64,000 nucleotides of DNA from Candidatus Ornithoclostridium faecigallinarum (GTDB taxonomy: Bacteria > Bacillota > Clostridia > Christensenellales > UBA3700): positions 1,324 through 65,323 of the forward strand of contig DVOI01000040.1 in the NCBI GenBank assembly GCA_018713665.1, written 5' to 3'. This document shows positions 52,787-61,676 of the stretch, piece after piece; positions within the stretch are counted from its first letter, which is position 1, and the number at the start of each line of letters is the position of its first letter. The translations under genes and the position numbers were made by a program. The notes under the pieces are model-generated. The model was not told the DNA's origin. It searched no databases and worked only from the letters and a program-made list of their open reading frames with translations.

Positions 52787-54241
52787 TCACAGATTTACGC
52801 CGTTGTCTTTGCCCGCCTCGAGACTGTGTTCGTATCTCTTGACGCTGCTTTCGATGTCCTTGTTGGACGCGGCGTTGCCGTATTTGTCGATGTCGACGAC
52901 GCAGCGCTGTTCGTGGTGCAGGCTGAGCGCGCCGTTGAGGCAGCCGCCCTCGCACGCCATGCCCTCGAAGAAGTTCTCCGCCGCTCTGCCCAATTTGAGT
53001 TTGAGCAAATTGATCTTGCACTCTTCGAGACCGCTCATCGAGATGGGTTTGAGATTGTCTACGCCCATCGACTTCGCGACGTTGACGACGCCCTGTGTTA
53101 TGCCGCCCGACTTGGCGAAGATGCGGCCGTAATAGGACGCCTCGTCGATCGGGCAATCCTCGAGCGATTGAAGATCGATATCGCGCGCGTCGAAGAATGC
53201 CTGCAGCTCCTCGAACGACAGCACGCAGTCGATGCCTCCCTTTGTCTTGGGCATGCGATACTCGAGTTTCTTGCTGGTGCAAGGTCCGATGAAGATACAC
53301 TTCGCTGTCGGATCCTCGCGCTTGATGATGAACGCCGTTTCGACCATCGGCGAGACGGACGACGAGATGTACTTGGTCAATTCGGGGAAGTTCTTCTCAA
53401 TGAACATCACGAACGACGGACAGCAGGAGGTGGTCAAAATACCCCTCTCCTTGAACTCCTTTGCCTCATGCCAAAGGGTGACGTCCGCGCCCATTGCCGC
53501 CTCGGCAATGTCATAAAAGCCGAGCATCTTCAATCCGCTCGCAACCTTGGGGAGCGGCACGCCGGTGAATTGGCTCGCGATGGACGGAGCGACGATTGCG
53601 TAGACGTGATACTTGGTGTTGTTCTCGGACTTCTTCATGATGTCGAGCGCGTCCATGATGAACGACTTGTCGACGATTGCGCCGAACGGGCATTGATAGA
53701 CGCATGCGCCGCAGGAAACGCACTTCTCGTTGTCGATGACCGCCTTTTTATTCTCGTCCATCTTGATTGCGCCCACCTTGCAGCTGCGGACGCACGGCCT
53801 GCGCTGTTCGATGATCGCGCTGTACGGGCAAGCCTTCGCGCATCTGCCGCACTCGACGCATTTCTCCTTGTCGATGACCGGCTTGTTGTTGACGATCGTA
53901 ATTGCGTTCTTGGGGCAGGCGCGCTGACACTTGTGAACGATGCAGCCGCGGCACGCCGGCGTGATATACATACCCTCGATCGGGCATGCGTCGCACGCCG
54001 CGTCGATGACCTCGACGCTGTTGGGATTGCTCTTGTCGCCGCCGAGCGCCATCTTGATGCGCTCTTGGACGATCGCGCGCTCCTTGTAGATGCAGCAGCG
54101 CATCGTCGGCTTGGGTCCCGGCGAAATTAGTTTGGGGATGTCGAGGTAGATGTTGCTCATGTCCCCTTTGTCCGCCGCCTTGATGACCTCGCGGAGCACG
54201 TCGTATTTTAGCTCTTGAACTCTCGTATCGAAAATCTTCAT
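52787..54241 (-). CDS. [FeFe]-hydrogenase-like protein (group B type), with N-terminal 4Fe-4S ferredoxin domains
   Basis: H-cluster motifs TSCCPSF, GPCTSKKLE and EGMACEGGCLNG. Ferredoxin motifs CVECGRCAKACP and CVSCGACVYQCP. Start at 54241 (ATGA overlap); the upstream part of the 651-aa ORF is discarded. Confidence 0.85.
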   Translation of the reverse strand: MKIFDTRVQELKYDVLREVIKAADKGDMSNIYLDIPKLISPGPKPTMRCCIYKERAIVQERIKMALGGDKSNPNSVEVIDAACDACPIEGMYITPACRGCIVHKCQRACPKNAITIVNNKPVIDKEKCVECGRCAKACPYSAIIEQRRPCVRSCKVGAIKMDENKKAVIDNEKCVSCGACVYQCPFGAIVDKSFIMDALDIMKKSENNTKYHVYAIVAPSIASQFTGVPLPKVASGLKMLGFYDIAEAAMGADVTLWHEAKEFKERGILTTSCCPSFVMFIEKNFPELTKYISSSVSPMVETAFIIKREDPTAKCIFIGPCTSKKLEYRMPKTKGGIDCVLSFEELQAFFDARDIDLQSLEDCPIDEASYYGRIFAKSGGITQGVVNVAKSMGVDNLKPISMSGLEECKINLLKLKLGRAAENFFEGMACEGGCLNGALSLHHEQRCVVDIDKYGNAASNKDIESSVKRYEHSLEAGKDNGVNL

Positions 54242-54783
54242 TGTTTTGCGACCTCTTTTTCTATGATGCGGCGGTCCTTGAGATCTTTGAGCAGGACCTC
54301 GCCGTTTTCGATGATGATGTAGCTGTGAGCGGTGCCCTCTTTCGGCAGAGACACCGAACCGGGATTGGCGATGACCATCCCGTCCTTTTTGAATGCAAAC
54401 CCCGTATGGAAGTGTCCGTACAACAGCACGTCGCCGGCGTTCTTGGGCAGCGAGTCCTTGTTGAACACATGCCCGTGCGTGAGCGTCATTTTGACGCCGT
54501 CGGCATAGATCTGCGCGATGTCGACAAACTCGAACGGCGCGACCATCGCGTCGACTTCGCTGTCGCAATTGCCCTTGACGACGATCAGCCTGTCCTTGAC
54601 CGTATCGAGCATCTTCGCGACCTCGAGCGGCGCGTACTCGTCGGGCAGCGGATTGCGCGGTCCGTGATAGAACACGTCGCCGAGCAGCGCGATCTGGTCG
54701 GCCTTTTCCTCTTCGGCGACCTGCAACAGACGGCGCGTCCAAAACGCCGAGCCGTGGATGTCGGACGCGACGAGCAGCCTCAT
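54238..54783 (-). CDS. yfcE: YfcE-type metallophosphoesterase (MJ0936 family)
   Basis: MRLLVASDIHG, GDVFYHG, GNCD and GHFH motifs. Start at 54783 (ATGA overlap). Confidence 0.85.
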   Translation of the reverse strand: MRLLVASDIHGSAFWTRRLLQVAEEEKADQIALLGDVFYHGPRNPLPDEYAPLEVAKMLDTVKDRLIVVKGNCDSEVDAMVAPFEFVDIAQIYADGVKMTLTHGHVFNKDSLPKNAGDVLLYGHFHTGFAFKKDGMVIANPGSVSLPKEGTAHSYIIIENGEVLLKDLKDRRIIEKEVAKQ

Positions 54784-56048
54784 TTCTTCTCCTCCGCGAG
54801 CTTTGCGGTGCAAGCCAACTTGACGCTGGCGATCAAGATCTCGATCGCCGCCGGCAGATCGTCGGCATTGGTGAATGTCGGCGCGATACGCAGATTGCGG
54901 TCGGCGTCGTCCCTGCCGTACGGATAGGTAGCGCCTGCGCCTGTCAGCGTCAGCCCCGCCGCCTTGCAGAGCTTCGCGACTTCGCGCGCGCAGCCGTCAA
55001 GCACGTCGAGACTGATGAAGTAGCCGCCCTTGGGATCCGTCCACTTTGCGATGTCGCAGTCGTCGCCGAAGCTGCGCTCGAGTGCGTCGACGATCGCCCT
55101 GAACTTGGGCGCGATGATAGCGCGCTGTTTGTCCATGATCTCGGCGATGTGCTCGGGGGACTTGAGATAGACAAAATGCCTGTATTGATTGACCTTGTCG
55201 TAGCCGATCGTCTGGAATGTGATGTGCGAAAGCGCCTCTTTGAGATTTGCCTCGCTCATGCCCATACACGCGACGCCGCCGCCGGCAAAAGTGATCTTGG
55301 ACGTCGAAGAGAACTCGAACAGGCGGTCTTCGGTGCCCGCCTTCTTCGCATATGCCATGATGTTGGCGAGCTTGCCCGGAGTGTCGGTCAGCTCGTGCAC
55401 GCAGTACGCGTTGTCCCAGAAGATGCGGAAGTCCTTGGCGGCGACGGGCATCGTCGCAAGCCTTTCGACGACGCGGTCGGAATAGATCTCTCCGGTCGGG
55501 TTGGAATACTTGGGCACACACCAAATGCCCTTGATCGACGGGTCGTTCGCGACATAGTTCTCGACCAAGTCCATGTTGGGACCCTCGCCGGTCAACGGCA
55601 CATTGATCATCTCGATGCCGAAGTGCTCGGTGATCGCGAAATGGCGATCATACCCCGGAACGGGACAGATGAACTTGATCTTGGACTTGCCCCACGGCTC
55701 GCAGCCGCCGAAGCCGAACTGCATGCCCCTCTGGATGGTGTCGTACATCAAATTGAGCGAGCTGTTGCCGCCGACAAAGACCTCGGAGGGATCGAGACCG
55801 AGGATCTCGGCGAACAACTTGCGCATCTCGGGGACGCCCTCGAGACCGCCGTAGTTGAAGACGGACTTGGGGAATTCTTCCGGACGCGGCTCTTCGAGCA
55901 TGCCGAACGCGATCTGAGCCTGCTCAAAGCAGGGCTTGCCGCGCGCGATGTCGACCTTGTAGCCCTTGGCGGCAACTTCTTCGTACTCTTTGAGATGAGT
56001 CTCGTGCAGCGCCTCAAGCTGTTCTTTGGTGAGTTCTGCGTACTTCAT
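54780..56048 (-). CDS. PLP-dependent aminotransferase, class I/II fold
   Basis: NPTG, DNAY and SSTSKITFAGGG (PLP lysine) motifs; 422 aa. Confidence 0.8.
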   Translation of the reverse strand: MKYAELTKEQLEALHETHLKEYEEVAAKGYKVDIARGKPCFEQAQIAFGMLEEPRPEEFPKSVFNYGGLEGVPEMRKLFAEILGLDPSEVFVGGNSSLNLMYDTIQRGMQFGFGGCEPWGKSKIKFICPVPGYDRHFAITEHFGIEMINVPLTGEGPNMDLVENYVANDPSIKGIWCVPKYSNPTGEIYSDRVVERLATMPVAAKDFRIFWDNAYCVHELTDTPGKLANIMAYAKKAGTEDRLFEFSSTSKITFAGGGVACMGMSEANLKEALSHITFQTIGYDKVNQYRHFVYLKSPEHIAEIMDKQRAIIAPKFRAIVDALERSFGDDCDIAKWTDPKGGYFISLDVLDGCAREVAKLCKAAGLTLTGAGATYPYGRDDADRNLRIAPTFTNADDLPAAIEILIASVKLACTAKLAEEKK

Positions 56049-56105
56049 ATTTTATCTCCTGACAAAACTTTTATCTGTGATTTTGCGTGTCCGTGTCGAT
56101 GTTCG

Positions 56106-57431
56106 CTATTCTGCGAAGTCGTCGCGGCGGTTGCGGAACACCAATCTTATCGGCGTGCCGCGGAACTCGAACGCCTTGCGGAGCGAGTTCTCCAAATATC
56201 TGCGATAGCTGAAATGCACCAGCTTTTCGTCATTGACGAAGAAGACGAACGTCGGCGGACATATGTCGCTTTGCGTCGCGTACAGCACCTTGAGTCTTCT
56301 GCCGTTGTCAGACGGCGGCTCGACCGCGAGAATCGCGTCGCGAACGACGTCGTTGAGCACGGACGTGGTGACGCGGCGGCTCGCCTGTTCGTAGACGTTG
56401 CGCGCCTCGGCGAGCAGCTTCTCCACCCTCTGTCCGGTCATCGCCGACACGTAGACGGCGACGAAATAGTCCATGAATTTGAGCTGCGCCGCCAGCTGTT
56501 TGGTCATGATCGCGGAGGTGTGGGTGTCCTTTTCGACCGCGTCCCACTTGTTCATCACGATGACGGACGGCTTGCCCTGCTCGTGGACGTAGCCGCAGAT
56601 CTTGACATCCTGTTCGGTCACGCCGTCCGCGCTGTCGATGACGACGAAGACCACGTCCGCGCGCCTGACTGCGGCGAGCGCGCGCAACACGCTGTATTGC
56701 TCCACGCCCCTGTCCACGCTCGACTTCTTGCGAATGCCTGCGGTATCGATGAGATTGTATCTGACCCCGTCCCTCTCGAACGGAGTGTCGATTGCGTCGC
56801 GCGTCGTGCCGGCGATGTTGCTGACAATCACGCGGTCGTACCCCAAGATCTTGTTGGTCAAAGAGGACTTGCCGGCGTTCGGCTTGCCGACGATCGCGAT
56901 GTCGAGCACATCGTCCTCCCCCTCGCCGTCGCACTCCGGAAGATGCTCGGCCACAGCGTCGAGCAAATCTCCCAGCCCCATGCCTTGGACGGCGGAAACG
57001 GCAAACGGCTCGCCTATGCCCAGCTCGTAAAAATCATAAGTCTTGTCGACCTCGTTGTTGTCCAGCTTGTTGACGGCGAGCACGATGGGCTTGCCGCTGC
57101 GGCGCAAAAACGACGCGACTTCGCGGTCGTTGGAGGTCACGCCCGCCCTGCCGTCGACGACGAACAATATGCAGTCTGCGATGTCGACCGCGACCTTTGC
57201 CTGCTCGCGGATATGCGAAAGCATCTCGTCGTCGCTGCGCACATCGAGACCTCCGGTGTCAATCAGAGTGAACGCCTTGCCGCACCAATCGGTATCGCAA
57301 TAGAGCCTGTCGCGGGTCACGCCCTCCACGTCCTCGACGATGGAGACGCGCTTGCCTACAAGCTTGTTGAACAGCGTCGACTTGCCCACATTGGGTCTGC
57401 CGACGACGGCGACGAGCGGTCTTGCGTTCAT
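56106..57431 (-). CDS. der: Ribosome biogenesis GTPase Der (EngA)
   Basis: Two G domains (GRPNVGKST, GKPNAGKSS) and a KH-like C-terminus. The start at 57431 has SD AAGGAGG. Confidence 0.95.
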   Translation of the reverse strand: MNARPLVAVVGRPNVGKSTLFNKLVGKRVSIVEDVEGVTRDRLYCDTDWCGKAFTLIDTGGLDVRSDDEMLSHIREQAKVAVDIADCILFVVDGRAGVTSNDREVASFLRRSGKPIVLAVNKLDNNEVDKTYDFYELGIGEPFAVSAVQGMGLGDLLDAVAEHLPECDGEGEDDVLDIAIVGKPNAGKSSLTNKILGYDRVIVSNIAGTTRDAIDTPFERDGVRYNLIDTAGIRKKSSVDRGVEQYSVLRALAAVRRADVVFVVIDSADGVTEQDVKICGYVHEQGKPSVIVMNKWDAVEKDTHTSAIMTKQLAAQLKFMDYFVAVYVSAMTGQRVEKLLAEARNVYEQASRRVTTSVLNDVVRDAILAVEPPSDNGRRLKVLYATQSDICPPTFVFFVNDEKLVHFSYRRYLENSLRKAFEFRGTPIRLVFRNRRDDFAE

Positions 57432-57512
57432 ATGTCCTCCTTTGCACCGCAATTATACATTATTCCGCACGCAAAGTAAAGCGATAAACACCACAAAACG
57501 CGCAGGCGCGCC

Positions 57513-58124
57513 TTACACGCGCACACGACTCGACGAGAAAACTTCGCCGGCGCGCATATATTTGGGGCGAAAATCCGCCGATTCGCTCATTCCCGACGGA
57601 CGAGCGGCGCGCCGAATCAGGTCAAATATCGCCGCGGCAAACGCCGCAAATATCAAGTAGTATGCGGTGTGCATCCCCATCGCAGTACAGCGCAAAAAGC
57701 CGCCCTTTGACGCGAAAAGCGAATACATATCCGCAATTACACTGCCCGTAATCACTCTCCCGAGCAATTCTGCGCCGCATGACGAAAACGCCGCGGAAAA
57801 CGATACGGACAGTGCGAGCGACGCTACGGAAGAGTAGTCGAAAGCAGCCTCTCCCCCCAGCGCAAAAACGCACGCGCATGCCGCCGCTCCGAGAAGCGCT
57901 CCATGCGAACGCGAGACGAACAGCGCGTACATTCCTATCGCCGCCGCGACGAAAAAGGGCGCGCATACTCTGCCCGTCGGCACACACATCGACAGCGCGA
58001 GCGCCGCCGAACACGCGCTCCCCTCGGGCAGCTTGCCGTCGGCAATGCCGCGCATCGCGCAATATATCAAATGCGAAAAGAGCAAAAAAACGGCGGCATA
58101 CTCCATACCGGTAGTATGCCGCAA
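57513..58124 (-). CDS. Hypothetical integral membrane protein (Ala/Cys/Phe-rich)
   Basis: Several hydrophobic segments and no recognised motif. The start is uncertain (58124 or 58106). Confidence 0.55.
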   Translation of the reverse strand: MRHTTGMEYAAVFLLFSHLIYCAMRGIADGKLPEGSACSAALALSMCVPTGRVCAPFFVAAAIGMYALFVSRSHGALLGAAACACVFALGGEAAFDYSSVASLALSVSFSAAFSSCGAELLGRVITGSVIADMYSLFASKGGFLRCTAMGMHTAYYLIFAAFAAAIFDLIRRAARPSGMSESADFRPKYMRAGEVFSSSRVRV

Positions 58125-58138
58125 CGCCGACTTTGTTT

Positions 58139-58634
58139 TCAGTCCTCTATCTCAATCGTATCGATGACGACGGGATCGACCGGCACGTCGTCGAACCAAC
58201 CGCGGCGCGTCGTGCGCACCTTGGAAATCGCGACCGCGACGTCCTCGCTCGCCTTGTCGCACAGCTTGCCGAACGCCGCATACGCGCCGTCCAAATGCGG
58301 GCAATCCTCTACGCATACGAAAAATTGAGAACTCCCGCTGTCGGGATTCATTGCGCGCGCCATCGAAAGCACGCCCAAGGTGTGCTTGACGGGATTGTTC
58401 ACGCCGTTGGCGGCGAACTCGCCCTTGATGCAGTCCGCATTTTTTGGGGCGCAGATCCTCGTACATGCCGCCGCCCTGGATCATAAATCCAGGGATGACG
58501 CGGTGAAAGATCAGCCCGTCGTAAAAACCGCTCTTTGCCAGCTTGACAAAGTTGCGCACCGAGATCGGCGCGACGTCCTCATACAGCTCCGCGGACATTT
58601 GCGAGCCGTCTTTGAGCTTGATGATCGCCTTCAT
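58139..58634 (-). pseudogene. ppiB: Peptidyl-prolyl cis-trans isomerase (cyclophilin type) interrupted by a +1 frameshift in an A6 run
   Basis: The N-terminal part (ORF 58152-58712) reads [23 protein letters not shown]. The C-terminal part (ORF 58139-58402) reads [27 protein letters not shown]...LDGAYAAFG in another frame. Removing one A from CCCCAAAAAATGCGG (plus-strand T6 at 58439-58444) joins them as ...[22 protein letters not shown]... Confidence 0.85.
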
Positions 58635-59863
58635 TGTCCATCCTCCTTTTGTTCGATTGCAGGGTGTTTGAGCGCGTATATCGACTCCGCACCGTCGTGG
58701 ATTAGCTTGCACATCGCGCCCATCGCCGCCCTGTCGTAAAATTTGCGTTGATTGTAGAGATACTCCTGTTTGAGCATGTTGTTGTTGAGGAAGCCGAGCA
58801 CCGCGGTGACCAGCTGTTCGTCTTTGACTCCGCGCTGCGCAAGCTGCCCTGCGGCGATGTATTCCGCATTCTCGGCGTCATGCACATTTATCGGTTTTAT
58901 CAACACACACGGGATATTTTTGACGCACGCCTCATAGATTGTGACAATCGTAGGCGCGGTGACGAGCACGTCGGTGATGTCATAGATTTTCCACATATCG
59001 GTGACCTCTTCGACGACGTAGACGTTCTTGTCGATGCCCTTGGCTTTGACGTAAGACTTGACAAAGTCGAGTATCGTCTTGCTGCCGCCGGTGAGCACGA
59101 CGAGATTGAGCCTGTCGCAATAGTCGGCGAGCGCGGCGAACGCGTCTTTGAGCGTCGCGACTCCGTATCTGCCGCCGTTCAAAGTGACGGTCGGAATGGA
59201 CGTATCTATACCCATTGCCTCGGCGACCTCTTCGCGGTCGTACTCGAGCACGCGCGCACTGTCGAACGGCATGCCGACGACGTGAATCTTGCCCTCGACG
59301 ACGTTGTTGGCGAGCAGCTCTCCCCTGACGTTGTCGTTCTGCACCAAGTAGCCGTCCGATTGATAGTTGATGTACGCCTTGTTGAGCGCGTAGTCGGTGA
59401 TCACCGCATAGACGGCGGTCTCCTTCATGCCGAGCCGCTGTTTCGCCTCGATCGCCTTGTTGTGCGCCTTGGGTGTGAAGCAGAGGACGATGTCGGGATC
59501 GAACCGCGTGAGAATGTTGTCCACTTTGCGGAAGCGTATCCTCGTCTTTGCGGAGAGCGAGTCGGGGTTTTGCGCCTTGACCGCCGCGCTGTACGGCGCG
59601 ACCGTCTTGTCTATCTTTTGAGGGACGAGCTTGTTGCGGATCGCCACGACCAGCTTGTTGAGCCACGGCGCGACGCGTGCGGTCGCGATGTAGAGACGGC
59701 GCGTAAAGCGCGACGAAAACGCGTTGCTGTACTTGTCCTCGTCAATCGCGATGACTTCGCAGTCGGGATAGTCGCGGCGAAGGCGCGCGGTCAAATCGAG
59801 CGCTACCGTGTCGTAGAACCCTTTCGAATAGAGGATGACAATCGTCTTTTTGTCCGTGTTCAT
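58631..59863 (-). CDS. Glycosyltransferase, MGDG-synthase / UgtP-like (tentative)
   Basis: 410 aa with an N-terminal Rossmann-like region (KTIVILYS) and a C-terminal GT-B pattern ([10 protein letters not shown]...[24 protein letters not shown]). Confidence 0.55.
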   Translation of the reverse strand: MNTDKKTIVILYSKGFYDTVALDLTARLRRDYPDCEVIAIDEDKYSNAFSSRFTRRLYIATARVAPWLNKLVVAIRNKLVPQKIDKTVAPYSAAVKAQNPDSLSAKTRIRFRKVDNILTRFDPDIVLCFTPKAHNKAIEAKQRLGMKETAVYAVITDYALNKAYINYQSDGYLVQNDNVRGELLANNVVEGKIHVVGMPFDSARVLEYDREEVAEAMGIDTSIPTVTLNGGRYGVATLKDAFAALADYCDRLNLVVLTGGSKTILDFVKSYVKAKGIDKNVYVVEEVTDMWKIYDITDVLVTAPTIVTIYEACVKNIPCVLIKPINVHDAENAEYIAAGQLAQRGVKDEQLVTAVLGFLNNNMLKQEYLYNQRKFYDRAAMGAMCKLIHDGAESIYALKHPAIEQKEDGQ

Positions 59864-61086
59864 ACCTTCTTTCTCCTCAATATGTCGTACGCCTGCATGT
59901 GGCAGGGCACGGGCATTGTCAAATGTTGTTGGACGAGCTTCGCCCTCTGCACGGGCGCGCCCTCGTCGTCGCGCAGGTCGCGTACCTCGACCGCCGCGCC
60001 GTTGACCGCCTCGTCGGCGGCGAGCAATTGCAGCGTGTCGCCCTCGGCGAAGGCGTTGCGCTGTTCGACGAGCGCTCTGCCCGAGGTCTCGTCATAGCCG
60101 AGAACGAGCGCGACAAATTCGCTTTCGCCCTCCGTCTGATTGACGTCGCCGCTGACCTTCGCGCCCTCCGCGCCGAAATAGAAGCCCGTCGTGTACGCGC
60201 GGTGCGCGGTCTGTTCGAGCTCTCCGATGATGTCCTCGCCGGGCACGAAATCGTCGTCCGCCGCAAAGCCGTCCATAGCGCGGCGATATGCCGACACTGT
60301 CGACGCGACGTAGTATTGCGACTTCATCCGCCCCTCTATCTTGAACGACTTCACTCCTGCGTCCGCGAGCTCGCGCAGATGTCGGATCATGTTGAGGTCG
60401 CCGCTGTTGAGTATGTAGGTGCCCCTGCCGTCCTCAAACACCGGATAGTGCGCGCCGCCTCTGCCCGCCTCGGTCAACTCGAAGTTCCAGCGGCACGGCT
60501 GGGCGCAGTTGCCGCGGTTGGCGCTCCTGCCGCTCATCGCCGCGGACAACAGGCATCTGCCGCTGTACGACACGCACATCGCGCCGTGAACAAAAGCCTC
60601 AATCTCGACGTCGTCGCCGAGGAAATCGCAGATCTCCGCGATCTCGTCGAGGCGCGTCTCGCGCGCGAGAACGACCCTCTTTACGCCCATATCGGCATAG
60701 ACCTTGGCGGCGTACTTGTTGGTGACGTTCGCCTGCGTGGAGACGTGCACGTCGAGCGTGGGCGCGACCTTGCGGCACAGCTCGATTGCGCCGAGGTCGG
60801 TGACGATCGCCGCGTCGACGCCGCACTCGCTCAGAAAGCAGAAGTGGTCGGCAAGCGCGCCAAAGTCGTCGTTGCGGGCAAACACATTGACCGCGGTGTA
60901 CAACTTTTTACCGCGCTTATGCGCGTATGCGACAGCCTCGGGCATCTCCTTTGCCCCGAAATTTGCCGCGCCTGCCCTCAACCCGAAATCGCTGCCACCG
61001 ACATAGACTGCGTCCGCTCCGAAGTGGAACGCGGTGACGAGTTTGGACATGTCGCCCGCAGGCGCGAGCAGCTCTACGCGGCTCAT
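59860..61086 (-). CDS. Peptidase U32 family protein (YrrN/YrrO-like, the family implicated in tRNA/rRNA hydroxylation)
   Basis: MSRVELLAPAGD start at 61086 (ATGA overlap). DAVYVGG and a Cys-rich CVSYSGRC...CAQPCR segment are typical of U32. Confidence 0.85.
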   Translation of the reverse strand: MSRVELLAPAGDMSKLVTAFHFGADAVYVGGSDFGLRAGAANFGAKEMPEAVAYAHKRGKKLYTAVNVFARNDDFGALADHFCFLSECGVDAAIVTDLGAIELCRKVAPTLDVHVSTQANVTNKYAAKVYADMGVKRVVLARETRLDEIAEICDFLGDDVEIEAFVHGAMCVSYSGRCLLSAAMSGRSANRGNCAQPCRWNFELTEAGRGGAHYPVFEDGRGTYILNSGDLNMIRHLRELADAGVKSFKIEGRMKSQYYVASTVSAYRRAMDGFAADDDFVPGEDIIGELEQTAHRAYTTGFYFGAEGAKVSGDVNQTEGESEFVALVLGYDETSGRALVEQRNAFAEGDTLQLLAADEAVNGAAVEVRDLRDDEGAPVQRAKLVQQHLTMPVPCHMQAYDILRRKKV

Positions 61087-61676
61087 ATCTTTGTGCATAC
61101 GGCAATACCTCCGCCGACGTCGCTCATCGTGCATTCAAAGCGCGACGCGTCGGTAATCGCGCGCACGAATCGTCTCATCCCGGTGACAATCGTGCGGTGT
61201 TTGTGAGGGGGATATCCGTCCCCTTTCACCAGTCCCAAAAAGTTGACGTCGTCGGCGACAATTACGGTGCCCGTGTCGATAAAGTCATATATCGCGTCGA
61301 GATAGCCGCAATATTTGCTCTTTGCCGCGTCGATGAAGACGAAGTCGTATTTGTGTCTTTTGACCAGCTCGGGAACGACGCGTTCGGCGTCGCCGAGATA
61401 GGCGGTTATGTTGTTCGAAGCGCCGCAAGCCGCCCACAATTTTTTCGCGACGTCCAGCTTGCCTGCATCCCTTTCGACGGTGTCGACGTGCGCGCCTGTC
61501 GCGGTCGCGAGACACAGCGCCGAATAGCCGACCGACGTGCCTATCTCCAAAATGCGCTTGCGCGGAGCGGCAACGGCAGCCTCAATCAAGACCTCGAGCC
61601 CGTCGCGCGGAATGATGTCAAAGCCGTACTTTTCGCGCAGCGCCTCTGCGCGCGCGTCGGGCACGAACTCAGGCAT
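61083..61676 (-). CDS. Class I SAM-dependent O-methyltransferase, family 3 (YrrM/TrmR-like)
   Basis: ILEIGTSVGYSALCLA (SAM motif I) and DFVFIDAAKSKY. The start MPEFVPD at 61676 overlaps the rnj 3' end by 8 nt. Confidence 0.85.
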   Translation of the reverse strand: MPEFVPDARAEALREKYGFDIIPRDGLEVLIEAAVAAPRKRILEIGTSVGYSALCLATATGAHVDTVERDAGKLDVAKKLWAACGASNNITAYLGDAERVVPELVKRHKYDFVFIDAAKSKYCGYLDAIYDFIDTGTVIVADDVNFLGLVKGDGYPPHKHRTIVTGMRRFVRAITDASRFECTMSDVGGGIAVCTKI

